Assembly: GCA_040386535.1 (NCBI GenBank)
Contig: JAZKFH010000013.1
Coordinates: 384,928-448,927 of the forward strand
DNA: 64,000 bases
Source of the DNA: Myxococcota bacterium
GTDB lineage: Bacteria; Myxococcota_A; UBA796; SXON01
Direction of reading: 5' to 3'
Positions 29,601 to 38,144 of the stretch are shown one piece after another. A program made the translations under genes and the position numbers. How positions within the stretch are numbered: the stretch's first letter is position 1; each line of letters begins with the position of its first letter. The notes beneath the pieces were generated by a model. That model saw only the letters and a program-made list of their open reading frames with translations, was not told the DNA's origin and made no database searches.

Positions 29601-31160
29601 GCCGACGCGACCGACTGTGACGACGCCGACGCCGACGTGAACCCCGACGCCGTCGAGGTGTGCGAGAACGGCCTGGACGACGACTGCTCGGGTGAAGACG
29701 AGTGCCGTTACGACGACGTGCATGACGCGCTCGCGACGTCCTCCACGACGTGGACCGGCGTGAACGGGTCGACCTCCACCTCCTCGTTCGGCAGCAAGCT
29801 CGTCGGCAACCACGACTTCGACGGAGACGGGATCGCGGACGTGGCGGTGGGCGATCGCTTCTACGACGCGAGCAGCCTGTCGGCGGCGGCGAACCTCGGC
29901 CGGGTCACGATCTTCACCGGCACTGGCACCGGCTTCACCGACACCGTGGCCGACCCGACCCTGACCATCACCGGGTCGGACGCCGCGGGCCGCTTCGGCC
30001 AGGGCCTCGCCGCCGGCGATCTCGACGGGGACGGCATCGACGACCTCATCGTCGGCGTGCCCGGCATCAACGGCGTCGGCGGCGGCACCTCGTCGCTCAC
30101 CGACAACGGCAAGGCGTACGTCTTCCTCGGGCCCTTCGCGCGGACCGGGGCGGCCACGACCGCGCTCACGCCGACGACCTCGGGCGCGGTGGACTGCTCG
30201 GTGGAGGGCGCGGCCGCGACGACCTACCTCGGCAACAGCCTCTCCTTCGGCGGCGATCTGGACGGGGACGGGGGCGCGGACTGGGTCTACGGCGCCTACC
30301 AGAGCCACACCAGCACGGGGCGCGGCTACGTCGGCATCGTCACCACGCCGACCTGCACGGGCCTGGTGAGCTCGAACACCACGGACATCCACACGATCAC
30401 CGGCGGGACGGACGACATCTTCGGCCTCTCCGTCCTCGGCGACCTCGATCTGGACGGCGACGGCGAGGACGACCTGCTCGTGGTCGGGTCCGGCACCGAC
30501 AGCGTCTACGCGTTCCTCGGCCCCATCGACGCCACCACGCGCGCCGACGCCGACGCGACGCTCACGTCGATGGACTTCGTGCACTCCACGTCGTCTCCGG
30601 CCGACGTGTACGGCGACCGCCTCGCCTCCGCGGGCGACACCAACGGGGACGGCTACGACGAGTTCCTCGTGGGCGCGAACTCCTACGACGTCGACACGAA
30701 CCTCAGCGCCGGCGCGGCGTTCCTCTTCGCGGGGGACGCGGTCATCGTGGCCGGGACGGGCACGGGCGCCGCGCTCGCCGACGTGCTGGTGTACGGCAAC
30801 GCGAACACCGCCCAGGTCGGCGCGGGCGTGTCCCGTGCCGGCGATGTCGACGCGGACGGACGCGAGGACTTCCTCGTCGGCATCGGCGGCGAGACCGTCT
30901 CGTCCGTGAGCTACGCGGCGGCGGCCCTGTTCTACGGCGGCGCCACGGGCACCTACTACCCCTCGCTCTCGGCCACGCCGGACGGGTTCGCGTTGTTCAA
31001 CGCCGAGGCGACCAACACCAGCAACGGGTACAGCGGCGGCGGCGTGGCGGCGGCCGGCGATGTCGACGGAGACGGCTTCGACGACATCCTGTTCGCCAAC
31101 ATGAACTACGGCGCGACCCGCGTCGGCAAGGTGTACCTGGTGAGCGGAACCGGGGAGTAG
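26688..31160 (+). CDS. Giant surface lipoprotein: Cys/Asp 'putative metal-binding' (MopE-like) repeats plus a C-terminal FG-GAP/integrin-alpha-like propeller
   Basis: Lipobox LLVG|C; about 16 DCDD...PGA.E.CD..D.DCDG-type units; C-terminal GD.DGDG.DD..VG repeats. Confidence 0.88.
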   Translation: MRTSLLVLLSLLLVGCPPTTDGKPDETDVDDSSGDPIVDEDGDGYLLDEDCDDDDAAVNPGAAELCDGVDNDCDDETDEDATDGGLWYADTDGDGYGAAASSVVACDAPAGFVSDATDCDDTSALYRPGAEESDCADPADYNCDGSSGYSDRDADGYAACTECNDGEPTINPGAFEACNDIDDDCDGAVDDGAVDEGTFYLDLDGDGYGDDGVAVEACGAPAGYVGVGGDCDDEDAAYHPSADESDCSDPNDYNCDGSVAYDDTDGDGWAACEDCDDSTASVSPDAPEACNEQDDDCDGEVDEDALDATAWYTDADLDGHGDPATGAVTCDAPAGTVAVGDDCDDTSPLFHPGADESDCTDPNDYNCDGSVAADDADGDGYAACDDCDDTSAAVNPAGVESCNGVDDDCDAVVDELDAIDLGTWYRDVDGDGHGDVGTSVAACDAPTGYVAAADDCDDASAAYHPGADESDCSDPSDYNCDGSVAYSDADADGFAACEDCDDTVAAVNPDAAEACNDRDDDCDGASDEPDAADASTWYADGDGDTFGDATSATRSCDAPTAYVSDASDCDDEVATTFPGAAERCDDVDQDCDGALDEDAVDAATYYADADADGFGDPAVSMAACDVPSGYGTDARDCDDTRAGVHPGATETCDDVDQDCDGAVDDAAIDAATWYGDMDSDGFGGLTSTLAACDAPAGYLATATDCDDTAATTHPGAPETCDGADDDCDGATDEDAVDEGTWFLDLDGDGYGNPAVTVTACGAPAGYVANGTDCADDDADVFPGAEERCDEVDNDCDALTDEADATGASSWYADADTDGYGDAAAAVTACDAPAGYGADASDCDDTDAAVSPAGMEVCNGYDDDCDGLVDEDAMMTSSWYADTDGDGYGALGSPRSACMAPAGYVASSTDCDDTRATAYPGAPELCDSLDNDCDGTVDEDATGTTWYADADEDGFGDPADAEVSCTAPEMFVADATDCDDADADVNPDAVEVCENGLDDDCSGEDECRYDDVHDALATSSTTWTGVNGSTSTSSFGSKLVGNHDFDGDGIADVAVGDRFYDASSLSAAANLGRVTIFTGTGTGFTDTVADPTLTITGSDAAGRFGQGLAAGDLDGDGIDDLIVGVPGINGVGGGTSSLTDNGKAYVFLGPFARTGAATTALTPTTSGAVDCSVEGAAATTYLGNSLSFGGDLDGDGGADWVYGAYQSHTSTGRGYVGIVTTPTCTGLVSSNTTDIHTITGGTDDIFGLSVLGDLDLDGDGEDDLLVVGSGTDSVYAFLGPIDATTRADADATLTSMDFVHSTSSPADVYGDRLASAGDTNGDGYDEFLVGANSYDVDTNLSAGAAFLFAGDAVIVAGTGTGAALADVLVYGNANTAQVGAGVSRAGDVDADGREDFLVGIGGETVSSVSYAAAALFYGGATGTYYPSLSATPDGFALFNAEATNTSNGYSGGGVAAAGDVDGDGFDDILFANMNYGATRVGKVYLVSGTGE
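26940..28300 (+). repeat. Four ~336-bp intragenic tandem repeats
   Basis: GACTACAACTGCGACGG recurs at 27105, 27441, 27777 and 28116 (spacings 336, 336, 339). Confidence 0.85.
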
Positions 31161-31182
31161 GCGACCGCGCCGGGGGGGCGTT

Positions 31183-31204
31183 GCGGGGGGGCTTGCCCCC
31201 CTGC
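31183..31204. terminator. GC hairpin between convergent genes
   Basis: GCGGGGGG-GCTTG-CCCCCCTGC; no U-tract. Confidence 0.35.
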
Positions 31205-31214
31205 CCCAAGAGAC

Positions 31215-32426
31215 CTAACCGCCTCCAGCACGGCCGATCGAGCCCAGCCCCAGGGCCTCGATCCGCTGCTGGAGCGTGTTCCGCGCCACCCCGAGCAGAG
31301 CGGCGGCCGCTTTGCGGTTGCCCTGCGTGCGCGCGAGGACGAGCTGGAACAAGGCGCGCTCGGCGCTGCGGATGACGAGCGCGTGGAGCGAGTCGCCGGG
31401 GCCGGGGGAGTAGGCGCGGACGACCGGGAGGAGGCGCACGCGGGCCATCTCCTCGAAGCCCTCGGCCTCGCGCTCGGCCTCGGCCTGGGGGAGGAGGAGG
31501 GCGCGGAGCTCCTCGGGGAGGGTCGCGCCGCGGATCACGGGCTGGTCGACACGGCCGAGCGTCTGCACGACGAACATCTCCAGCTCACGATGATTTCCCG
31601 GCCAGCGGTGGGCGTGGAGCAGCGCCCACACGCCACGATCGAGGGTGCGCTTCGGCAGGCCCATGCGGCGCGTGTGCTGGTCGAGGTACCACGTGGTGAG
31701 CGCGCGCAGGTCGTCCGGGCGCTCGCGGAGGGGCGCGAGGACGAGGCGGTCCCACTTGATGGCGGGGACGGCCTCGTCCAGACGCGTCCCGCCCACCACG
31801 CGCCACCCCGCGTCCCGCGCGGCGCCGACCAGGGCGCGCAGATCGTCGTGCCGGTGCGCGGACTCGAGGTAGACCGTGCCGGGCGGGCCCTCGGGGGTCC
31901 AGGGCTCCGCGTGGGTGCGCACGACGAACGGGCCGGCGAGCCCCGAGAGCTGGTGGAGCACGCGCGCGACACGCTCCTTGCCCGTGCCGCGCTCGCCGTG
32001 CACCAAGGTGGGGAGCGCCGAGCCCGCGAGCAACACGAGGCGCTCGAGCGGGGAGGGGCCGAGGCCCTGCATGCGGAGGATGCGGCGCTCGGTCGCGTCG
32101 ACGCCGCGCGTGCCGACATACTGGCGTGCGAGGCGGATCACCGCGCGTTCGGTGTTGGGCACGCGGGTGAGCGGGGGGAGGGGAGCGCCGAGCACACGGA
32201 GGGTGGGGGCGTGGCCGAGCGCGGCCGCGAACGTCGCGAGGAGCTCGCCACGCAGCCCCGGCAGCTCCGGGTCGAGCAGGACGAGCACGGTCGTCGGGGC
32301 GCAGATCGCGCGGCAGAGGCCATCCCAGTCGGCCGCGGAGGTCACGGGGAGGCCCTCGCGGGCCAGCGGGAGCACGACTGATTCGCGGATGGCGTCGCGT
32401 GCGGTGGCCACGAGGATGGAGGACAT
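31215..32426 (-). CDS. NtrC-like regulator (degenerate REC, truncated AAA+ without GAFTGA, Fis-type HTH)
   Basis: HGERGTGKE.VAR, PLRERPDD, WPGNHRELE and GNRKAAAALLGVARNTL are present; the ESELFG/GAFTGA segment is absent. Confidence 0.8.
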   Translation of the reverse strand: MSSILVATARDAIRESVVLPLAREGLPVTSAADWDGLCRAICAPTTVLVLLDPELPGLRGELLATFAAALGHAPTLRVLGAPLPPLTRVPNTERAVIRLARQYVGTRGVDATERRILRMQGLGPSPLERLVLLAGSALPTLVHGERGTGKERVARVLHQLSGLAGPFVVRTHAEPWTPEGPPGTVYLESAHRHDDLRALVGAARDAGWRVVGGTRLDEAVPAIKWDRLVLAPLRERPDDLRALTTWYLDQHTRRMGLPKRTLDRGVWALLHAHRWPGNHRELEMFVVQTLGRVDQPVIRGATLPEELRALLLPQAEAEREAEGFEEMARVRLLPVVRAYSPGPGDSLHALVIRSAERALFQLVLARTQGNRKAAAALLGVARNTLQQRIEALGLGSIGRAGGG

Positions 32427-32460
32427 GCGGTCGGACTGTTATCCTGCGCCACCCGCCCCC

Positions 32461-34269
32461 ATGCCCCCCCTCCTGCCTCTCGTGCTGCCGTACCTCCTAC
32501 GGGGGCTCGTCGCCTCGGCCCTCGCCCAAGAACCGGCCCTCGACGCCGAGGCTCCCGCCGTGGAGCCCGAGGCGTCCATCTGGTCCTTCATCGAATCGGC
32601 TGACGGAACGCCCGCGTCGCCCGACGTACGCGCCGCCACGCAGGAGCTCGTAGAGGAGCGTCTGGCCGAGCTGGGGAGCGTGGCATCGGTCGGCGCGTAC
32701 CCGCCGATCGAATTCTATCTGGACCCCATCGGCGCCACGAGCCTCGACCCGCTCCACCTCGACAAGGTGGACCCCAAGGAATTCGACATCCCGGTGGTGA
32801 TCAACCCCGAGGTGAAGAAGTGGATGGAGTACTTCCTCGGCCGCGGCCGGAAGTACTACGCGCGCTACCTCGAGCGGTCCACGCAGTGGCTGCCGATGAT
32901 GCACCGCGAGATGGACGCGCGAGGGCTCCCGCGGGACCTGGCGTACCTCTCGATGATCGAGAGCGGCTTCTCCACCGGCGCCACCAGCTACGCCTCCGCG
33001 GCCGGGCTCTGGCAGTTCATGACCTATACGGGCAAGGACTACGGGCTCCGGATCGACTGGTGGCTGGACGAGCGTCGTGACCCCGAGAAGGCGACCGACG
33101 CCGCGCTCCGCTACCTGTCCGACCTGCACAAGATGTTCAAGGGCGACTGGTGGTTGTCCTGGGCGTCCTACAACGGCGGCCAGGGCCGCGTGATGAAGGC
33201 GACACGGTACGCCGGCACGACCGACTTCTGGAAGATCTCGGCGGGGGACTACCTCCACACCGAGACCGACAACTACGTCCCGAAGCTGATCGCCGCGGCG
33301 ATCATCGGGAAGCACCCCGAGCGGTACGGCTTCGTCGGGCTGCGCTACCTGCCCGAGTGGAAGTTCGAGACAGTCGAGGTGCCCGCCTCCACGAGCGTGG
33401 CGGTGATGGCGAAGTGTGCGGGCATGACGGAGGATGCGTTCCTCGCGCTCAACCCGGCGTTGCGTCGCTACGCGCTCCCGCCCGAGCCCGCGATCCAGAA
33501 GGTGCGCATCGCGCCGAACAAGACCGTGGCCTTCAAGGAGAACCTCGCCAAGGTGCCGCCCGACGAGCGGCTCACGCTCCAGCGGCACGTGGTCAAGCGC
33601 GGCGAGAGCCTCGGCAGCATCGCGCGCAAGTACGGCCTCTCGGTGGATGAGCTGGCGCGGGTCAACCGCGTTGGGGACATCAACCAGATCAGCGTGGGGA
33701 TGGAGCTCGTGGTGCCGTCGAACGGCAAGGCCATCGCGTCGACCGAGGCGGGGGGCAAGGCGAGCGAGCCGCCGCCGACGGGCGGATCCGGGGCGACCAG
33801 CGGCTCCAGCGGAACCAAGAGCACGTCCGGCGCCGCGACCTCGAGCACGCCCCCGACCACCACCACCAAGACCACGGCCGCCGTCACCCACACGGTCAAG
33901 AGCGGGGACACGCTCTCCGGCCTCGCGTCGAAGTACGGCGTGACCACGAAGCAGCTCCAGGGCTGGAACAAGCTGTCGGGCACCAACATCCTCATCGGCC
34001 AGAAGCTGGTGGTGAAGGCGGCGTCGACCACCACGACGACCACGTCCTCGACGACCTCGACCACGGCCTCCAAGCCGAGCACCACGTCCAGCGGCACCAC
34101 GACGACGACGGCGAAGAAGGCCACGACCTCCTCGTACACCGTGCGCCGCGGCGACACGTTGAGCAGCATCGCCGACCGCTACAATTGCTCGGTGACCGAT
34201 CTGAAGTCGTGGAACGGCCTGAAGGGCTCCACGATCTACCCGGGCCAGAAGCTCAAGATCAAGGGGTGA
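32461..34269 (+). CDS. mltD: Lytic murein transglycosylase with three LysM domains
   Basis: IESGF, AAGLWQFM, DERRDPEKAT, YNGG and ETDNYVPK; LysM repeats HVVKRGESL, HTVKSGDTL and YTVRRGDTL separated by Thr/Ser linkers. Confidence 0.92.
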   Translation: MPPLLPLVLPYLLRGLVASALAQEPALDAEAPAVEPEASIWSFIESADGTPASPDVRAATQELVEERLAELGSVASVGAYPPIEFYLDPIGATSLDPLHLDKVDPKEFDIPVVINPEVKKWMEYFLGRGRKYYARYLERSTQWLPMMHREMDARGLPRDLAYLSMIESGFSTGATSYASAAGLWQFMTYTGKDYGLRIDWWLDERRDPEKATDAALRYLSDLHKMFKGDWWLSWASYNGGQGRVMKATRYAGTTDFWKISAGDYLHTETDNYVPKLIAAAIIGKHPERYGFVGLRYLPEWKFETVEVPASTSVAVMAKCAGMTEDAFLALNPALRRYALPPEPAIQKVRIAPNKTVAFKENLAKVPPDERLTLQRHVVKRGESLGSIARKYGLSVDELARVNRVGDINQISVGMELVVPSNGKAIASTEAGGKASEPPPTGGSGATSGSSGTKSTSGAATSSTPPTTTTKTTAAVTHTVKSGDTLSGLASKYGVTTKQLQGWNKLSGTNILIGQKLVVKAASTTTTTTSSTTSTTASKPSTTSSGTTTTTAKKATTSSYTVRRGDTLSSIADRYNCSVTDLKSWNGLKGSTIYPGQKLKIKG

Positions 34270-34306
34270 CGACGGCGGGCGGGTCGGGCGCGGATAGAGC
34301 GTCCCG

Positions 34307-35527
34307 ATGTTGACCGTCGAAGAAGCCCTCGCCCGCGTGCTCGCCCACATCCCCGCCGCCCGCGTCGAGCGCGCCTCCCTTGCCGACGCCCACGGGCGCG
34401 TGCTCGCGGAGGACATCGTGTCCCCCGGCGAGCTCCCGCCGTGGCCCGCCTCCGCGATGGACGGCTTCGCGGTGCGCGCCGCCGATGTGCCGGGTGAGCT
34501 CCACGTCCTCGAGACCGTCGCGGCCGGGGGCGTGCCCCACCACATGGTCACGCCGGGCACCACCACGCGCATCATGACCGGGGCGCCCGTGCCCGACGGG
34601 GCCGACGCCGTCGTGATGGTGGAGGACAGCGAGGCCGTCGGGACCGATCGGGTGCGGCTCGCGGGGACAGCCACCCCCGGCCAGCACATCCGCCCGCAGG
34701 GGAGCGAGGTGCCGCTCGGGACGCCCGTCCTGTCGCGCGGGCGCATCCTCGGCGCCGGGGCGATCGGGGTGCTCGCGGCGGTCGGCATCCCGACCGTGCT
34801 GGTGGCGGCGCGGCCGACGGTCGGCATCCTCTCGACGGGGGACGAGCTGGTCGAGCCGGGCCTGCCCCTCGGGCCGGGCCAGATCCACTCCAGCAACGGG
34901 CATGCGCTCGCCGCGTTGGTGCGCGAAGCGGGTGCCCATCCGGTCGATCTCGGCAGCATCCGGGACGACCCCGCGGCGCTCGCGGCGGCCTTCCGCGCGG
35001 CGCTCCGCTGCGATGTGGTGGTCTCGACGGGCGGCGTGAGCGTCGGGGACTACGATCACGTGAAGGACGTGCTCGGAGAGCTGGGGATCACGATGGACTT
35101 CTGGCGTGTGGCGATGAAGCCGGGCAAGCCGCTCGCGTACGGCGTGCTCGGCGGCACTCCGATCTTCGGCCTCCCCGGCAACCCGGTGAGCTGCATGGTC
35201 AACTTCTACCAGTTCGTGCGCCCGGTGCTCCGGACGATGCTCGGCGATCCGGCCCCGTTCCTCCCCGTGATCCAGGCCGAGCTCGTCGGTCGCACCCGCC
35301 GCCGCCCGGGTCGTCCGGAGTTCATCCGTGTACGCCTCTTTCGCGAGGGCGAAACCGTGCGCGCCGAGGTGGCCGGCCACCAGGGCAGCGCCGGCGTCCT
35401 CTCCATGGCGGACGCCCACGGCTTCGCGCTCCTCCCCGAAGGCGCGACCGAGATCGCGGGCACCGTGGCGGTGCAGGTGTTCGATCCGGGGTTCCTGGCC
35501 GGGGCGGAGGCCAACTACCGGTGGTGA
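34307..35527 (+). CDS. moeA: Molybdopterin molybdotransferase
   Basis: SAMDGFAVR, IMTGAPVPDGADAV, STGDEL, TGGVSVGDYD, MKPGKP and GLPGNPVS. Confidence 0.96.
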   Translation: MLTVEEALARVLAHIPAARVERASLADAHGRVLAEDIVSPGELPPWPASAMDGFAVRAADVPGELHVLETVAAGGVPHHMVTPGTTTRIMTGAPVPDGADAVVMVEDSEAVGTDRVRLAGTATPGQHIRPQGSEVPLGTPVLSRGRILGAGAIGVLAAVGIPTVLVAARPTVGILSTGDELVEPGLPLGPGQIHSSNGHALAALVREAGAHPVDLGSIRDDPAALAAAFRAALRCDVVVSTGGVSVGDYDHVKDVLGELGITMDFWRVAMKPGKPLAYGVLGGTPIFGLPGNPVSCMVNFYQFVRPVLRTMLGDPAPFLPVIQAELVGRTRRRPGRPEFIRVRLFREGETVRAEVAGHQGSAGVLSMADAHGFALLPEGATEIAGTVAVQVFDPGFLAGAEANYRW

Positions 35528-35534
35528 GGCACCC

Positions 35535-36008
35535 ATGAGAGGCTGCATCCTCGCGGGGGGGCTCTCCCGGCGCTTCGGCGCCGACAAGGCCGTGCACCCC
35601 GTCGGGGGCGAGCTCCTCGCGCTCCGGCTGGCCCGCGTCTTGCGCGCCGCCGGGCTCGATCCGTGGCTGGTGGCCCGCGACCCGCGCGGCATCGGGCTCC
35701 CCGAGCTGCTCGAGCCCGAAGGGCCGCGCCATCCGCTGTGGGGCATCGCGGCGGCGCTCGGGGAGGGGGATGACGTGTTCGTCACCCCGTGCGACCTCGC
35801 GGAGCTCGACGTACGTCAGGTCACGGCGCTGCTCGACGCGCGCGCGATCGCGGTCGGCCAGCCGCTCCTCGGCGTGTTCCCGGCGCGTTTGCGCGATCGC
35901 GCCCTGCACCACGCGACGGCCGGCGGGTCCGTCCGCGTGTTCGTGGAGGGGCTCCCGACGCTGGACGTGGGCCCGATCCTCAACCTCAACCGGCCGCCAG
36001 GCGTCTGA
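35535..36008 (+). CDS. mobA: Short molybdenum cofactor guanylyltransferase-like protein
   Basis: ILAGGLSRRFGADKA, PL.GI..AL, PCD, QPL and NLN; 157 aa, directly after moeA. Confidence 0.8.
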   Translation: MRGCILAGGLSRRFGADKAVHPVGGELLALRLARVLRAAGLDPWLVARDPRGIGLPELLEPEGPRHPLWGIAAALGEGDDVFVTPCDLAELDVRQVTALLDARAIAVGQPLLGVFPARLRDRALHHATAGGSVRVFVEGLPTLDVGPILNLNRPPGV

Positions 36009-38121
36009 CCTCTTCGGCGGCGCCGACGGGCTGGAGCGGGATGCGCACCGTGAACGTGGTGCCCTTGCCGACGGTGCTGGACACGTCGAGCTCGCCGCCG
36101 TGCGCCTGCACGATGCGACGCGAGATCGCGAGGCCGAGGCCGGTGCCGTCGTGCCGCGTGGTGAAGAAGGGCACGAACAGCTTGTCGAGATCCTCGGGGG
36201 CGATGCCGACGCCGGTGTCCTCCACCGCCATCTCGATCGCCGGCGCGTAGCGCGCCTTCGGGTCGCGGAGCCGGCCGAGGCGGGTGTGGAGGGTGAGCGT
36301 GCCCCCGCCCTTCATCGCCTGGAGGCCGTTCTGGCAGAGGTTGAGCAACACCTGCTTGAGCTTCTGCGCGTCCACGGGGAGGGGAGGGCGCACCAGGGCG
36401 TGCTCCTCGGCGAGGCGCACGTTCGGCGGCAGCCCCTGCGCGTTGATGACGCCCATCACGGTGCCGACGAGCGCGGCGACGTCGGTCTCTTCGAGGTGCA
36501 GCTGCATCGGGCGCGCGTAGTCGAGGAACTGGCTGACGACCTGGTTGAGGCGGTCCACCTCGTCGACGATGATCTTCACCATCTCGGCGTCCGGGCCCTC
36601 GCGCCCGGCCTGGAGGTACTGCGCGGCCCCTTTGATGCCCGCGAGGGGGTTGCGGATCTCGTGGGCGAGGCCCGCCGCCATCGTGCCGAGCGCGGCAAGT
36701 CGGTGTTCCTCCTTGAGCTTCTCGAAGCCGTGGAGGTTCTCCAGGATGACGCTCGCGCGCGCGGCCGTGTGGACGAGCCGCGCCACGTCCTCGGCGGTGA
36801 AGGACTCGAGCTCCTCCTCGTCGCGCAGTGTCAGCCAGCCGATCACGACGTCGCCGGACATGAAGGGCACCACCACGTCGGCGTTCATCGCCTCGAGCAG
36901 GCGAAGACGCACCTCGGCGTCCTCCGCGCGGCCGGTCTGGCGCGCCTGTTGCCGCGCGAGCACGGCGCGGATGTAGGCGCGTTGCCCGGAGGCGAAGCCG
37001 TCCGTGAACGGCTGCCGCGCCACCTGCATGATCGGCGGCTCCTCCCGCGTGCCGCGCTCGGCCACGAGCCGGTAGGTGCGCCGCTCCTCGTCCCACAAGA
37101 AGATCGACGCGACGGGGATGCGTCCCGACGCCACGAAGCGGGTGAGCATCTCGTGGGTGAGGCCGTCGATCGACAGCGCGCGCACCATCGCGGCGTCGAG
37201 GTCCTTCAGCGTCTCCTGGAGCAGCTGGCCGCGGCGGTTGAAGATGCGGCCGGCCCAGGTCTCGAGCTGCTTGCGGAGCGGATCGTACGCGAGCAGGAAC
37301 AGGCAGCTCGCGAGGAACACCTGGAACGTGCCGTGAATGGGGTACTCGCCGAGGAGCGAGGCGGCGGAGAGGGCGTCGATGCCGACGAGCAGGCTGCCGG
37401 CGACGGCGACGGCGGCCATGCGGCTGAAGATCTCGGCCAGATCGAGCAGCCGGTACACGGTGATGATCTGGTAGAGGAAGTAGACGAAGATGCTGGCGAA
37501 GATGGCGCCGATGGGCGGAAAGGCGCCCTGCACCACCGCCGCGAACGCCCAGAAGGGCGCCTGGTCGGGCAGGCCGGCGATGGACCGGGCGAGCGCCTCC
37601 ACCCCCGAGAAGCCGATGGCGAGCCCCGCGAGCGCGCCGAGGTAGCGGATGCGGGCCCGCTCGACGCGGTGATCCGTCGACTCGTGGAACTGCCAGAGGC
37701 GGTGCAGCGGGACGAGGAAGGCGCCGAAGACGTAGACCGCGAAGATGACCTCGGCGATCGAGGCGCGCGGCGTGTCGCGGTAGAACACGGCGTCGACGAC
37801 GGTGAAGGCGACCGTGACGAGGGGGGTGGCGACGCTGAGCGTGCGCACGCGCGGATCGTGGGGGGCGCCCGGCTGCCAGAAGAAGCGGTCGACGAAGACG
37901 AGCAGCGCGAGGGGGAGGAAGGCGCCGGCGCCGGCGTGGACGTACTTGAACGCGCCGAGGCCGGGCAGCAGGTACAGCGTGAAGCCGAAGTACGACACGC
38001 ACAGGAAGGACGTGAAGACCGCGAAGGCGCGGCGCACCGGATCCTCGCGATCCCCGAGGGGCACCCGCACGGCGAGCGCGCCGGCGGCGATCGTCGCGAG
38101 GGCGTAGAGGAGGATGTTCAC
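35986..38121 (-). CDS. Multi-TM sensor histidine kinase with GAF-like, HisKA and HATPase domains
   Basis: Hydrophobic N-terminal ~300 aa, then AHEIRNPL, NLCQNG, DTGVG, PFFTT and GTGLGL. Confidence 0.9.
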   Translation of the reverse strand: MNILLYALATIAAGALAVRVPLGDREDPVRRAFAVFTSFLCVSYFGFTLYLLPGLGAFKYVHAGAGAFLPLALLVFVDRFFWQPGAPHDPRVRTLSVATPLVTVAFTVVDAVFYRDTPRASIAEVIFAVYVFGAFLVPLHRLWQFHESTDHRVERARIRYLGALAGLAIGFSGVEALARSIAGLPDQAPFWAFAAVVQGAFPPIGAIFASIFVYFLYQIITVYRLLDLAEIFSRMAAVAVAGSLLVGIDALSAASLLGEYPIHGTFQVFLASCLFLLAYDPLRKQLETWAGRIFNRRGQLLQETLKDLDAAMVRALSIDGLTHEMLTRFVASGRIPVASIFLWDEERRTYRLVAERGTREEPPIMQVARQPFTDGFASGQRAYIRAVLARQQARQTGRAEDAEVRLRLLEAMNADVVVPFMSGDVVIGWLTLRDEEELESFTAEDVARLVHTAARASVILENLHGFEKLKEEHRLAALGTMAAGLAHEIRNPLAGIKGAAQYLQAGREGPDAEMVKIIVDEVDRLNQVVSQFLDYARPMQLHLEETDVAALVGTVMGVINAQGLPPNVRLAEEHALVRPPLPVDAQKLKQVLLNLCQNGLQAMKGGGTLTLHTRLGRLRDPKARYAPAIEMAVEDTGVGIAPEDLDKLFVPFFTTRHDGTGLGLAISRRIVQAHGGELDVSSTVGKGTTFTVRIPLQPVGAAEEVRRLAAG

Positions 38122-38144
38122 GTCCGGATGCTATCGTGGCGGGC

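Noticed and set aside
26940..29700. Regularly spaced repeats as a possible CRISPR array
   Set aside because: These are in-frame, degenerate protein-coding repeats with ~200-340-bp periods, with no unique spacers and no cas genes.
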